Shown here one piece after another: positions 35,169 through 44,113 of a DNA stretch of 45,476 bases. Every line of letters begins with the position of its first letter. Positions within the stretch are counted from its first letter, which is position 1. Under the pieces are notes generated by a model. The model made no database searches and had not been told where the DNA came from. It saw only the letters and a list, made by a program, of their open reading frames with translations. The position numbers were made by a program, and so were the translations under genes. Origin of the DNA: an uncultured candidatus Brocadiaceae bacterium (GTDB lineage: Bacteria; Planctomycetota; Brocadiia; SM23-32); NCBI GenBank assembly GCA_964605915.1, contig CAZSET010000003.1, positions 2,886 through 48,361 on the forward strand, written 5' to 3'.

Positions 35169-36350
35169 ATGAGCGATTACCTACCCTTCGCGACTAGCGT
35201 GGACGACTGCCGCCTGATCCACCGCTTCTACTCGGACCCGGTTTGCGTACGGGTGGGGCTGCATGTCGCCAACGACGTAGTGAACCACCTCGGCGACGTG
35301 CCTATCTGGTTGGATCCATGCTTTGATGCATACCCATACGCCAGGCCGGACAGCACATGGGCCCAGTTCGTGTCGCAGTTCGAGGGCCATGATGTCTTGA
35401 CTGACCAGAAGCTTACAGATCGGGTGAGCACGCGGAAACTCCCCGATGCTTCAGCGGCTGCGCTGAGGGATCTTACGAACAGGGCCCTGGACGCATGCTT
35501 GGCGTACGCCCCAGACTGGGTATCAGTACCTCAGTTGCCACAAACGGATGGTAACGAACGCAACAGGGCAAACCGGGAGCTTGCGAAGGCGACCCGAGAG
35601 TGGGGAGAAGCGAACGCAGAATGCTCGCTGATCCTCCCACTGATCTTCACAAACCAGAGACAGGTAACCACAAAGACAGCATGGCAGAAGAAGGTACGCA
35701 CAGCCCGCAGGAACTACGAGTTGTCGGGCGCCGCAGGTCTGTGGATCGTAGACTCAAGTCTCGACGACCACCGCGGCACGAGCACAAACGAGGCCCGCCG
35801 CTTCCCAGCGTTGATTGACTTGCACCAATGCATCCGCGAGCAGTTCGCTGATGCCAGAGTTGTGGCGGGCCCATATTGGGGGATGAACCTAGTCCTCTGG
35901 GCACGCGGTCTAATCGATAACCCGGCTGTGGGAGTAGGCAGGGGTTACCAGTACTACTGCACCGGTGGGTTTATATCAAGGGCGATGCCAAGATTGGCCC
36001 TCCCGCCCCTGCGTCGCCAAGCCATGGCAGACGATGAACTGCCAGGCTGGCTAGACAAGTGTCTCGCGACGTTGCAGTCGACAGATCCTGCCTACGCGGA
36101 GCTCATGGCTCTCCGTCGAGACTACGACTTACTGCGCCTTGAACCCAGGGACCAAATGGCGGGGTTCTACAAACGCTGGTACCAGAGCATCGCGGAAGTA
36201 CCCCGGCGCGGGCGAGCGCTTGCATTGTACGAGGACCTGTCCAGCGCGTTCGTACTAGGCAAGATGCTGGCGACCCCCTTACCCTCTGAGACAGGCCATG
36301 CCAAGAAGCCTGAGATCCCGGCGAAGCAACTCATGCTCTTTTGTCTGTGA
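35169..36350 (+). CDS. Hypothetical 393-aa protein, no recognisable family
   Basis: ATG 35169 lies 12 nt after the FRG stop, with GAGG upstream. Alternating hydrophobic-strand/helix pattern (IWLDP, WVSVPQL, LILPLIF, LWIVDSS, VVAGPYWG, AVGVGRG) suggests an alpha/beta barrel-like fold. Lower GC. Confidence 0.7.
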   Translation: MSDYLPFATSVDDCRLIHRFYSDPVCVRVGLHVANDVVNHLGDVPIWLDPCFDAYPYARPDSTWAQFVSQFEGHDVLTDQKLTDRVSTRKLPDASAAALRDLTNRALDACLAYAPDWVSVPQLPQTDGNERNRANRELAKATREWGEANAECSLILPLIFTNQRQVTTKTAWQKKVRTARRNYELSGAAGLWIVDSSLDDHRGTSTNEARRFPALIDLHQCIREQFADARVVAGPYWGMNLVLWARGLIDNPAVGVGRGYQYYCTGGFISRAMPRLALPPLRRQAMADDELPGWLDKCLATLQSTDPAYAELMALRRDYDLLRLEPRDQMAGFYKRWYQSIAEVPRRGRALALYEDLSSAFVLGKMLATPLPSETGHAKKPEIPAKQLMLFCL

Positions 36351-37029
36351 GGTGATGCCGCCAAAGCCTTTCGGCTTCGTACGTCTGCGTGACGGTCCCA
36401 CTCTTGCCCCGTCTCTTCCTCCCGCTGGACGGAATTAGCACGGACACGCCTTCGGGAGAGATTCCCAGCAAACCGACCTGCGCAGACAGGAACTGGGCCC
36501 TACCAGATCCTTCGGCTACGTTGCCAGCCGACTCCACTGGAAGCCCAACGTAGGACTCATCCGCGAAGGCAAGGTACCGCCGAGCCTGACGAAGAGCTTC
36601 CGACACACGGGCTAGCTTCAACTCGACGGCGAGGATCCTGTCGTGAATCGGATGCCAGTCGCCGATCCTCTGGTAAGCTCCTCTGTTTGTTCGGCGCAAG
36701 AATCGGTCCCTTGTCAACGAGTCCACCTCGCGCCGTATCCGCTCCTCCCGGAAGAGCCGAGCGTACCGTTCGTACAGAACGGAGAAGCCCACAGAGCGAC
36801 GCTCTCTGATGCGGGGGATGTGATGCCAGACGTCCACCCTCAGGAGCGGGCCAAGCTGACGCATCTGGCCCAATGCGATCCTAGCATCGAGACGCTCGGG
36901 ATTCAGCGAGTAGGCCACGAGGTCACACACGCCTGCGCAACTGGCGAACTCCTGCTTCACGCTAAGCCTCTGACAGCGCAGCCAGCGCACCACAGGCTCT
37001 GTCATGTCGCACTCGAACTCAAAGGGCAC
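36331..37029 (-). CDS. Putative PD-(D/E)xK-fold nuclease with about 90-aa insertion
   Basis: E27 (KQEF), D36 (VCDLVAY) and E136-L-K138 (ILAVELKL) are separated by a basic, helical insert (aa 42-130). GTG 37029 is preceded by GGAGG at 10 nt. The 3' end overlaps the convergent 393-aa gene by 20 nt. Confidence 0.55.
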   Translation of the reverse strand: MPFEFECDMTEPVVRWLRCQRLSVKQEFASCAGVCDLVAYSLNPERLDARIALGQMRQLGPLLRVDVWHHIPRIRERRSVGFSVLYERYARLFREERIRREVDSLTRDRFLRRTNRGAYQRIGDWHPIHDRILAVELKLARVSEALRQARRYLAFADESYVGLPVESAGNVAEGSGRAQFLSAQVGLLGISPEGVSVLIPSSGRKRRGKSGTVTQTYEAERLWRHHLTDKRA

Positions 37030-37153
37030 GTTCCGCAGACCTCCAGCGCCGCTGGGCTTCGGCTCTCGCTTATGACGCCTCTCACACCTCTTCCGGCTGC
37101 CCCGTATACACGATCAGGCAAAGTGAGTGCAAGGTAAGACATCCAAAGCTGGC

Positions 37154-37570
37154 CTATATGCTGGGATTGGACCGTGGACGTGCCCGGCTCTCAGGCCCTT
37201 CCAGGACGACCTGGGCGATGGCGAAGTCGCGGTGGTGGGTCATGCTGACGTGCACGCGCTCGACGCCGAGCTCGCGGCTGAGCTCCAGCGCCCGACCCGA
37301 GAACGTCACGGCCGGCGCCCCCAGCTCGTTGTTGGATATCTCCGCCTCGAGGAATCGCACCCCCTGGCTCCAGCCCACGCCCAGGGCCTTCAGTGCCGCC
37401 TCCTTCGCTGCAAATCGGGTAGCGAAGCGCTCCTCCGGGCGCGGTCCTGCGCGGCAGTAGTCGGCCTCCCGGTCGGTAAAGACGCGGCCGACGAACCGGG
37501 CCCCGTAGCGCCGAACCGCGCGCTCGATCCTCCCCACCTCGACCAGGTCCACGCCGATCCCGACGATCAT
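37154..37570 (-). CDS. acpS: Holo-[acyl-carrier-protein] synthase
   Basis: MIVGIGVDLVEVGRIERA..., FAAKEAALKALG, MTHHRDFAIAQVVLE. Start at ATG 37570. Confidence 0.9.
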   Translation of the reverse strand: MIVGIGVDLVEVGRIERAVRRYGARFVGRVFTDREADYCRAGPRPEERFATRFAAKEAALKALGVGWSQGVRFLEAEISNNELGAPAVTFSGRALELSRELGVERVHVSMTHHRDFAIAQVVLEGPESRARPRSNPSI

Positions 37571-37651
37571 GCGTCGCTCCCGGGGTACCTGAAGGAGCCT
37601 ACCTCTCACCCCAGCGCACGGGTGCTGCACGGCGCGCCTCGGCCGCCGGCG

Positions 37652-38743
37652 TCACTCCTCCTCGGCCTCTTTGGCGCCGTCTCCACCGGCCACTGCTTCG
37701 GCCCGCTCGATCTGCTCGCGCCGTTTCTCGGCGAGGGTGGGCGAGACCTTCTCGAATACCGCGATCTCGATCTCCCGGGCCAGATCCGGGTTCTCTTCGA
37801 GGAACTGGCGCGCGTTCTCCTTGCCCTGACCGAGCCGCGTCTCGCCGTAGGAGTACCACGCGCCCGACTTCTCAACGACGTCGTACTCGCTTCCGAGGTC
37901 CAGCAGGTCGCTCTCGCGGGAGATGCCCTTGCTGAAAAGGAGTTCGATCTCGGCGGTTCGGAACGGGGGAGCCACTTTGTTCTTGGCGACCTTCACGCGG
38001 CAACGATTCCCGACGTTCTCGCCGCCTTCCTTTATGCTGGCGATGCGGCGCAGTTCGACGCGGACGGAGCTGTAGAACTTCAGCGCCCGCCCGCCCGGGG
38101 TCGTTTCCGGATTGCCGAACATCACGCCGATCTTCATCCGCACCTGGTTGACGAAGACGACGGCGGTCCGGGACTTGGAGATGCTGGCGGCCAGCTTGCG
38201 AAGCGCGCGCGACATCAGGCGCGCCTGGAGGCCGATGGTCTGGTCTCCCATCTCCCCCTCGATCTCGGCCCGCGGCACGAGTGCGGCCACCGAGTCCACC
38301 ACGACGATGTCCAGCGCGCTGCTCCGCACGAGGGCCTCAACGATGTCGAGGGCCTGCTCGCCCGACTCGGGCTGGTTGATGAGCAGGTCCTCGATATTGA
38401 CCCCGAGGGACTGCGCGTACTTGATGTCCAGGGCGTGCTCCGCGTCGATGAAGGCGGCCACGCCGCCGAGCTTCTGGGCCTCGGCCACCATGTGCAGGGC
38501 GAGGGTCGTCTTGCCCGAGGCCTCGGGACCGTAGACCTCGACGACCCGTCCGCGGGGCACACCGCCGACGCCCAGGGCCAGGTCCAGCGCCGGCGAGCCC
38601 GTGGGGATGGTCTCGATGTCCAGCCGTGCCTCCCCGTCGCGCAGCCGCATGATGGCTCCCTTGCCGAACTGCTTCTCGATCAGCTCGAGCGTTCTCTCCA
38701 GCGCCTTCTTTCGTTCGTCCTTCTCGTCGCTGCTCTTGGCCAT
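37652..38743 (-). CDS. recA: Recombinase A
   Basis: [21 protein letters not shown], Walker [65 protein letters not shown]. Start at ATG 38743. Confidence 0.97.
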   Translation of the reverse strand: MAKSSDEKDERKKALERTLELIEKQFGKGAIMRLRDGEARLDIETIPTGSPALDLALGVGGVPRGRVVEVYGPEASGKTTLALHMVAEAQKLGGVAAFIDAEHALDIKYAQSLGVNIEDLLINQPESGEQALDIVEALVRSSALDIVVVDSVAALVPRAEIEGEMGDQTIGLQARLMSRALRKLAASISKSRTAVVFVNQVRMKIGVMFGNPETTPGGRALKFYSSVRVELRRIASIKEGGENVGNRCRVKVAKNKVAPPFRTAEIELLFSKGISRESDLLDLGSEYDVVEKSGAWYSYGETRLGQGKENARQFLEENPDLAREIEIAVFEKVSPTLAEKRREQIERAEAVAGGDGAKEAEEE

Positions 38744-40822
38744 CTGTGGCACCTGTGGGTAGAGCGGGTTGGTTCTCGGCTGTCCGAACGTATTGTAGTC
38801 GTTTGCCGCCCGGTTGCCAACGGAAACGGCGCGCGCGTCGCCGGCGGGCCGACTGCAACCATCTACTCGCCTGCCCGTTCCGCGGCGCCGGGCCCCTCGA
38901 TGCGGCGCCGCAAGAAGCCCACCCAGGACGAAAGCAGACGACGGCGGCGCGGCGCTCAGCTCCCCCAGGTAGACCTCGAGGAACCGGTCCGCCGCCGACG
39001 GGGACGCGGACCCGGCCAGCGAAGAGGCGAGTGTCGCCAGATCCAACCCGGCCAGCATCTGGCGCACGACGCCCGGCAGCCAGCCCACCCACCTGGCCCG
39101 GCCCAGGCCGACGAGCGATACCTCAGGCTCTTCAGTGTCCCCATCGGCGCACACAAGCACGTTCTCGTCCGTCAAACCGAGGTGCAAATACGCCGCCCGA
39201 TGGAAGGACCTGACGGCGGCGGTAGTTGCCCTGATGAGGGCGTCTTCCTCTGCCGAAGCCGCGCCGAAGTGGCCCGCCCCGTCCATCTCACGGAGCCGAT
39301 AGCGCAACGTAACCGCGCCGGGCAGCTCTTCGGCAAGCAGGAACTGATCCCTGTGCCAACGCGGGCCCCTTTCCATGTGGCAGACGTGGAAGGGGACTGC
39401 CGCTCCCCGGGCTCGGGCGGCCGTCGCACAGTTCCAGAACTGCTTCGCTTCGGAACCGCACAGCACCGTCGCAGCTACCCGGGGAAGACGGGAGTGGGGG
39501 CGGTATCGCTTCGCGATGAATCGATCCGAGGCACCCGCCACACGTGCCGGGACGGAAACCACCGTGCGATGCCTGCTCCGCTTGACCAGCTCGACGCCGG
39601 ACCCCCTCATGAAATCGTCCGGATAGCAGAGCCGGGTATAGAACTCGGGCGCGCTGTAGCAGGTGGCGATTCGACCGCGCCACTTGCCCAGCCGGAAGCG
39701 GTACGTGAACGGCTGGCGGATAGGCCCTTCACGGGCGCGACGCTCCCCGCCGCCGTCCAGCACGTCGAGCGCCGCCCCCAGCACCTGCCGCACGGTGATG
39801 CTCGTCATGCAGCGCACGTGCCTGCACCTGCGGCGGGAGCAGGGACGGCAGGCCGCACTGCCCGTGACCACCACGCTTCGACTGCAGTACGGGCCGGTCT
39901 GGACCGGATCCTTAGGCCCGAACAGGGCAACGACCGGCACGCCGAGCGCGGAGGCGATGTGCATGGGGCCTGTGTCGCTGCCAATGAACAGATCCGCCCT
40001 GCGGAGCAGGTGGATCAACTGGCCGACGCGCTCAGTGCGCGGGGCGAGGGACCCAGGCCGCCTCATGGAGGCCACGACCTGCTCGGCCAGCTCCCTGTCC
40101 GCCGGGCCGTAGGTCACGAGCACGTCGGCGCCCCGATCGGCCACCAGGCGGTCGGCCACGCGGGCGTATCGTTCGGGCAGCCAGCGCTTGAAGGCGGCGA
40201 ACTTGCTGGTGCCGGGATGGATGACAACGAGCGGCCCGCCGCTGAGCCGCCCTTCCAAGGCTTCCTCCAGGCGCCGGGCATCCCTCTCACGCCGGGGCAC
40301 GACCGGATCTGCGTAGCGGGTGGCAATGCCGAGCGGCGCCAGCAAGGCCAGGTCGCGCTCGATGCGGTGGACGCCCGCCGTCGGCACGCTGACCAAGTGG
40401 TTCTGGACCAGGCGGTTGAACTCGCGGTTGACGCCGCCGCCGAATCCCACCCGCATCCCGGCCCCGGCGGCGGCCACCAGCCAGGCGCTCTTAATGCTGC
40501 TCTGGAAGTCCACCGAGATGTCGAACTCCCGTTGGCGCAGCAGTTGCGCCATCTCCTTCAGCTCGGCGCCCAGGGCGAGCCAGCGGAAAGGCGTCTTGAC
40601 CATCTTCCCCCAGATCGTGCGGGGCACCGTGATGAGTTCGTCGATGTGGGGGTGGCGCCGCAGGAGCCCGCTGAATCTGTCCTCGACCAGCCAGGCGATG
40701 TGGGCGTCGGGCCGCTCCTGTCTGAGCAGCGAGAGGGCGTTGAGCGCGTGAGCGACGTCGCCCAGACCGCTCAGTCGGATGCAGAGGATCCTGCCGCCCG
40801 TGTTGCGCTCGCAGATGGTCAT
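38744..40822 (-). CDS. Glycosyltransferase family 9 (LPS heptosyltransferase-like) fused to a Kdo/WaaP-type LPS-kinase-like domain; 3' end undefined
   Basis: GT9: [47 protein letters not shown]. Kinase-like: [12 protein letters not shown]..., [19 protein letters not shown]. The frame continues without a stop into recA (ORF 37652-40822), so the true C-terminus is unknown. Confidence 0.75.
38792..38820 (-). promoter_or_regulatory. Candidate sigma70-type promoter for recA
   Basis: On the minus strand: TTGGCA (38820-38815), 17-nt spacer, TACAAT (38797-38792), about 50 nt upstream of the recA ATG. It lies inside the stop-less tail of the upstream ORF. Confidence 0.5.
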
Positions 40823-40853
40823 GGGCTGCCGGCCCCCTTTCGGCCCGGCGGCT

Positions 40854-42170
40854 TCACGCTTCGCGCTGGATCTTGCGCGTTCGCTCGGCCAGGCCCGAGA
40901 TGGTCAGGTCCGACTCGCCGGCAACGACCGTGCCGATGCGGTCCCTGAGCGGATCGCTCCAATGATCGGGGATCGCCTCGGCACCGATCATTGCGCCGAG
41001 CACAGAGCCCGCCGTAGCACCGTTGCAGTCCGTGTCCAGCCCCGCCCTCACCGCAAGTCCGATGGTGCGCGAGTAGTCCCTCTCGCCCCACAGCAGGCCC
41101 ATGGCCACGATGGCCGCGTTATTGATCGTGTGCACGCCGTGATAGGTGCCGTACGTGTCCAGGATGTTGTCGATCGCTTCCTCGGCGGAGCAGCCCTCCT
41201 CGCGCCAGGCAAGCACCTGGTGGATGGCTTCGGCGAGCCGGCATTCCCGAGGGATCTCGGACAGGCCGATGCGCACGACCTTCTCCACGTCGTCCGCCAC
41301 GAAGGCTACGGCCAGCATCGCGGCCACCCACATCTCGCCGTAGATGCCGTTTTTCACGTGGCTTACGCAGGCGTCCTTGAAGGCGAGCCCGGCCGCCTCC
41401 TCCGGCCTGCCGGGGCAGGCATAGCCGAAGCCGTCGGCGCGGATCTGCGCCCCAATCCACTCCCTGTAGGGATTGCGATGCATGGCGCTCTGGGGCGGCC
41501 AGATGCCGTTTGCGAAGTTCCGGTAGGCCACGCGCTCGGCGGTGTACGTGCAGGCGTAGGGCAGGTGCGCCATCCAGAACTCGGCCACCTGGCGGGGAGT
41601 GAACCCTCTGCCGTGCTGCTCCAGTATCCGCAGGCCCACGATCGTGTAATCCGTATCGTCGTCGCGCACGCCGCCCTCAATGTGGCCGCGTAGAAGCTTT
41701 ATGGACCATGCGGGGAACTCGATCCCGCGGTTATTCTCGGCAGGCGGCGGGAAGTAGTCCGTCAGATCTTCCAGGCCGCATACTTCCATCAGGTCGTCTA
41801 TCTTCTCTTTGCGCCATCCCTCCACCGGCTTCCCCAGCATGCAGCCGGCGGCCCGGCCGAGCCAGGCGCCCAGCGTCTTGTCGTCAAGCTCTTCGTCGGA
41901 GAGGGGGACGGCGATGTGTCGCGGCCCGTCCGGTCGGCGTTCCCGTATTCCTTCCAGGTCGCTCGGCTCGTCGTAGGGGAAGTCGGCGGCAGGCCCCAGG
42001 TTGGCCAGGGCCTCGCACAGTGCCCGGGCCCGCTTGGGCTGATCGGGGCCGCCTTCTTCTTCGATCAGGGACGCCTTGCGCTCGAACTCCCAGGTGTCAC
42101 AGCCCTCTTCCGAAAGCTGCTTCAGCTCTTCGCGTGCGAACTTCAACAGCTCGTCCGCGTTCTCGGCCAT
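40854..42170 (-). CDS. ADP-ribosylglycohydrolase-family protein with about 100-aa N-terminal extension
   Basis: [25 protein letters not shown] and [17 protein letters not shown] are the ARH metal-binding blocks. Start at ATG 42170 (MAENADELL). Confidence 0.85.
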   Translation of the reverse strand: MAENADELLKFAREELKQLSEEGCDTWEFERKASLIEEEGGPDQPKRARALCEALANLGPAADFPYDEPSDLEGIRERRPDGPRHIAVPLSDEELDDKTLGAWLGRAAGCMLGKPVEGWRKEKIDDLMEVCGLEDLTDYFPPPAENNRGIEFPAWSIKLLRGHIEGGVRDDDTDYTIVGLRILEQHGRGFTPRQVAEFWMAHLPYACTYTAERVAYRNFANGIWPPQSAMHRNPYREWIGAQIRADGFGYACPGRPEEAAGLAFKDACVSHVKNGIYGEMWVAAMLAVAFVADDVEKVVRIGLSEIPRECRLAEAIHQVLAWREEGCSAEEAIDNILDTYGTYHGVHTINNAAIVAMGLLWGERDYSRTIGLAVRAGLDTDCNGATAGSVLGAMIGAEAIPDHWSDPLRDRIGTVVAGESDLTISGLAERTRKIQREA

Positions 42171-42391
42171 GGCGCTGTGCCTTTCCGCGCATGTGTTCTG
42201 CCGCTCCAAGTAACGTCCCGGTACTACGTATCAGAAAAGGGCAGGGCGCGCAAGGAACGGCCTTCGGGCGCCCAAGAGGCCGGTTGCCGCCGCGCGGGGG
42301 GCCCGGGCATGGGCGTCCTCGTCCCTGCTTCTGCAAAGCATGAGCACGATGGCTTGGGGACTCGCTGCCCATCGGCCCCGTGATCAGAACG

Positions 42392-42420
42392 TTGCAATGA
42401 AAGGCACGGCTTCATAGAAT
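42392..42420 (+). promoter_or_regulatory. Candidate sigma70-type promoter for the M48 protease gene
   Basis: TTGCAA (42392-42397), 17-nt spacer, TAGAAT (42415-42420). It overlaps the ATG at 42419, arguing against that start. Confidence 0.5.
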
Positions 42421-42547
42421 GCGTTTTTCGGGTCCTCTCGTCGCTGTCCCTTCGGCGTGGAAGGCCGGAGCGTCTCCCAAGCGGGCGCGAGAGTCCCGCC
42501 GGGGGGAGACACCCGGGAGCGCAGTCCCTTTCTGCGGACCATGCGTC

Positions 42548-43897
42548 ATGCTGCTGCCGTTCCTCCTGTGCGTTCTGATCCTCTACATCCCCCTGCCGCT
42601 GAGTGACGGTGCGGTGCCGCTATCCGTTGGGGCAGGCGGGGTGGCGCTGTTGGCCCTGCTCAACGCGGCAGCCGCCTACGCGGGGACCGGCCTGGCTATG
42701 ACCCTCTCGCGCCTGCCGGGACCGCGCGGGGCGCTGGCCGCCAACCGGGTATTCTTGTTCCTCAAGGGCGGCGTCGTAGGCCTGGTGCTGGCCGACGTAT
42801 TGGCCCTGAAATGGCCTGCCCTGGTGAACGACCTTCTGGGCGCGCACCCGTGGGCGCTGATGCTGGACGACCTGCTCCTGCTGGCGCCCGCCGTCGTGAT
42901 GATCGTCACCCTGATGGCCTTCCAGCATCGGTTCGACTACAGCCGGGGGCGCGTCCACCTGTCGCTCAGCCAGTGCCTGTGGCTGAGGCTCCGGGTGGAG
43001 CTGGGGATCATCCTCGTTCCCTGGCTCATCCTTGTGCTGGTGACAGATACCGTGAACGCTGCCTTCTACGGCACTAGGTGGGCGGACACGGCCGACTCGG
43101 TCAGCTCAGGCCTGGTCCTGCTGGCGATCGTTGTGTTCAGCCCGCTGCTTCTGCGCTTCATCTGGTCCACGTCGTCCTTGCCGGCGGGGCCGTTGCGCGA
43201 GCGGCTGGACGCGCTCTGCCGGCGCCAGAAGCTGCGGTGCAACGACATCCTGCTCTGGCACACTCACAACCACCTGGCTAACGCCGGCGTAGTGGGGCCG
43301 ACGCCCCTGGTGCGCTACGTGCTGCTGACCGACGCGCTGGTGCAGCGCTCAACGCCCGACGAGGTGGAGGCCATCTTCGCACACGAGGTCGGGCACGTGC
43401 GGCACCACCACCTCGGCTTCTACATGCTGTTTGCGGTGGCGTTCGTGTGCTTCTATGTGAACCTGGTGGACCTCATCGCCCTGACCGGCTGGGTGACGCC
43501 CGTGCGGGACATCCTGGCCTTCCACATGACGGCGGAGCAGGGGGCCGTCATGCTGGGGTTTGCCGCAGTCTACTGGGTGGTGATCTTCGGGTTCGTCTCC
43601 CGCCGCATGGAGCAGCAGGCGGACCTGTTCAGTATCGAGGCGGTCGAGGAACCCCGCAGCTTCCTCAGCGCCCTGCGGCGGCTGGCCGCGCTCAGCGGCA
43701 CGCAAAGCGGCTTTGCCTCCTGGAGGCACTTCAGCATCCCACGCCGCATCGCCTTCTTGCTCGGCATTCTGGCGGACCCGTCCCGGGCGAGACGGCTCCG
43801 CGCCGCCATCGCTGCCATGCAGATCGCCCTTGTGGGCCTGCTGGTTCTCGGGGCGGCCAGGCTGCTGGTCTTCCGGCCGCACCTGTTCGGCCTCTGA
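42548..43897 (+). CDS. M48-family membrane zinc metalloprotease
   Basis: HEVGHVRHHH (HExxH) between multiple hydrophobic segments. Start set at ATG 42548 (MLLPFLLCVLILY), downstream of the predicted promoter. Confidence 0.85.
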   Translation: MLLPFLLCVLILYIPLPLSDGAVPLSVGAGGVALLALLNAAAAYAGTGLAMTLSRLPGPRGALAANRVFLFLKGGVVGLVLADVLALKWPALVNDLLGAHPWALMLDDLLLLAPAVVMIVTLMAFQHRFDYSRGRVHLSLSQCLWLRLRVELGIILVPWLILVLVTDTVNAAFYGTRWADTADSVSSGLVLLAIVVFSPLLLRFIWSTSSLPAGPLRERLDALCRRQKLRCNDILLWHTHNHLANAGVVGPTPLVRYVLLTDALVQRSTPDEVEAIFAHEVGHVRHHHLGFYMLFAVAFVCFYVNLVDLIALTGWVTPVRDILAFHMTAEQGAVMLGFAAVYWVVIFGFVSRRMEQQADLFSIEAVEEPRSFLSALRRLAALSGTQSGFASWRHFSIPRRIAFLLGILADPSRARRLRAAIAAMQIALVGLLVLGAARLLVFRPHLFGL

Positions 43898-43934
43898 GTG
43901 CGGCGGCCGGCCATTTGCGCTTCGAGGCTGTAGC

Positions 43935-43952
43935 GCCGGCATCTTTGCCGGC
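43935..43952 (+). terminator. Short hairpin downstream of the M48 gene
   Basis: gccggca-tctt-tgccggc (7-bp stem, 4-nt loop), 38 nt after the stop. No U-tract. Confidence 0.3.
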
Positions 43953-44113
43953 AACGCGGAGTCGTCCCCTCTGTGCCCTGCCCGTAGCGGCGGCGCGCCG
44001 TGCGGCGCGCGATCATCTCTGCCGGCAGCGCATGGGCGTCACCCCCGTTCTCTCGGTGTGCCGCGCCGCGGCCCAGGGCTGGATTCCCAGGTTGGCCGGC
44101 TCACGCTCCGCCT

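Noticed and set aside
35546-35566. DGNERNR stretch in the 393-aa protein, which resembles the DGQHR / ParB-like motif of DndB-type proteins
   Set aside because: Only D-G-x-x-R is shared and the surrounding context does not match by eye. This is too weak without a profile search.
37127-40948. 1273-aa + strand ORF, the longest in the track
   Set aside because: It is antisense to acpS, recA and the GT9/kinase-like gene, all of which are confidently identified. The translation is Arg/Gly/Pro/Ala-rich junk.
42419-42547. Upstream ATG (42419) as the start of the M48 protease
   Set aside because: This ATG overlaps the predicted -10 box (TAGAAT, 42415-42420). The 43 extra residues are Arg/Pro-rich and non-hydrophobic. 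The first membrane segment begins at ATG 42548.
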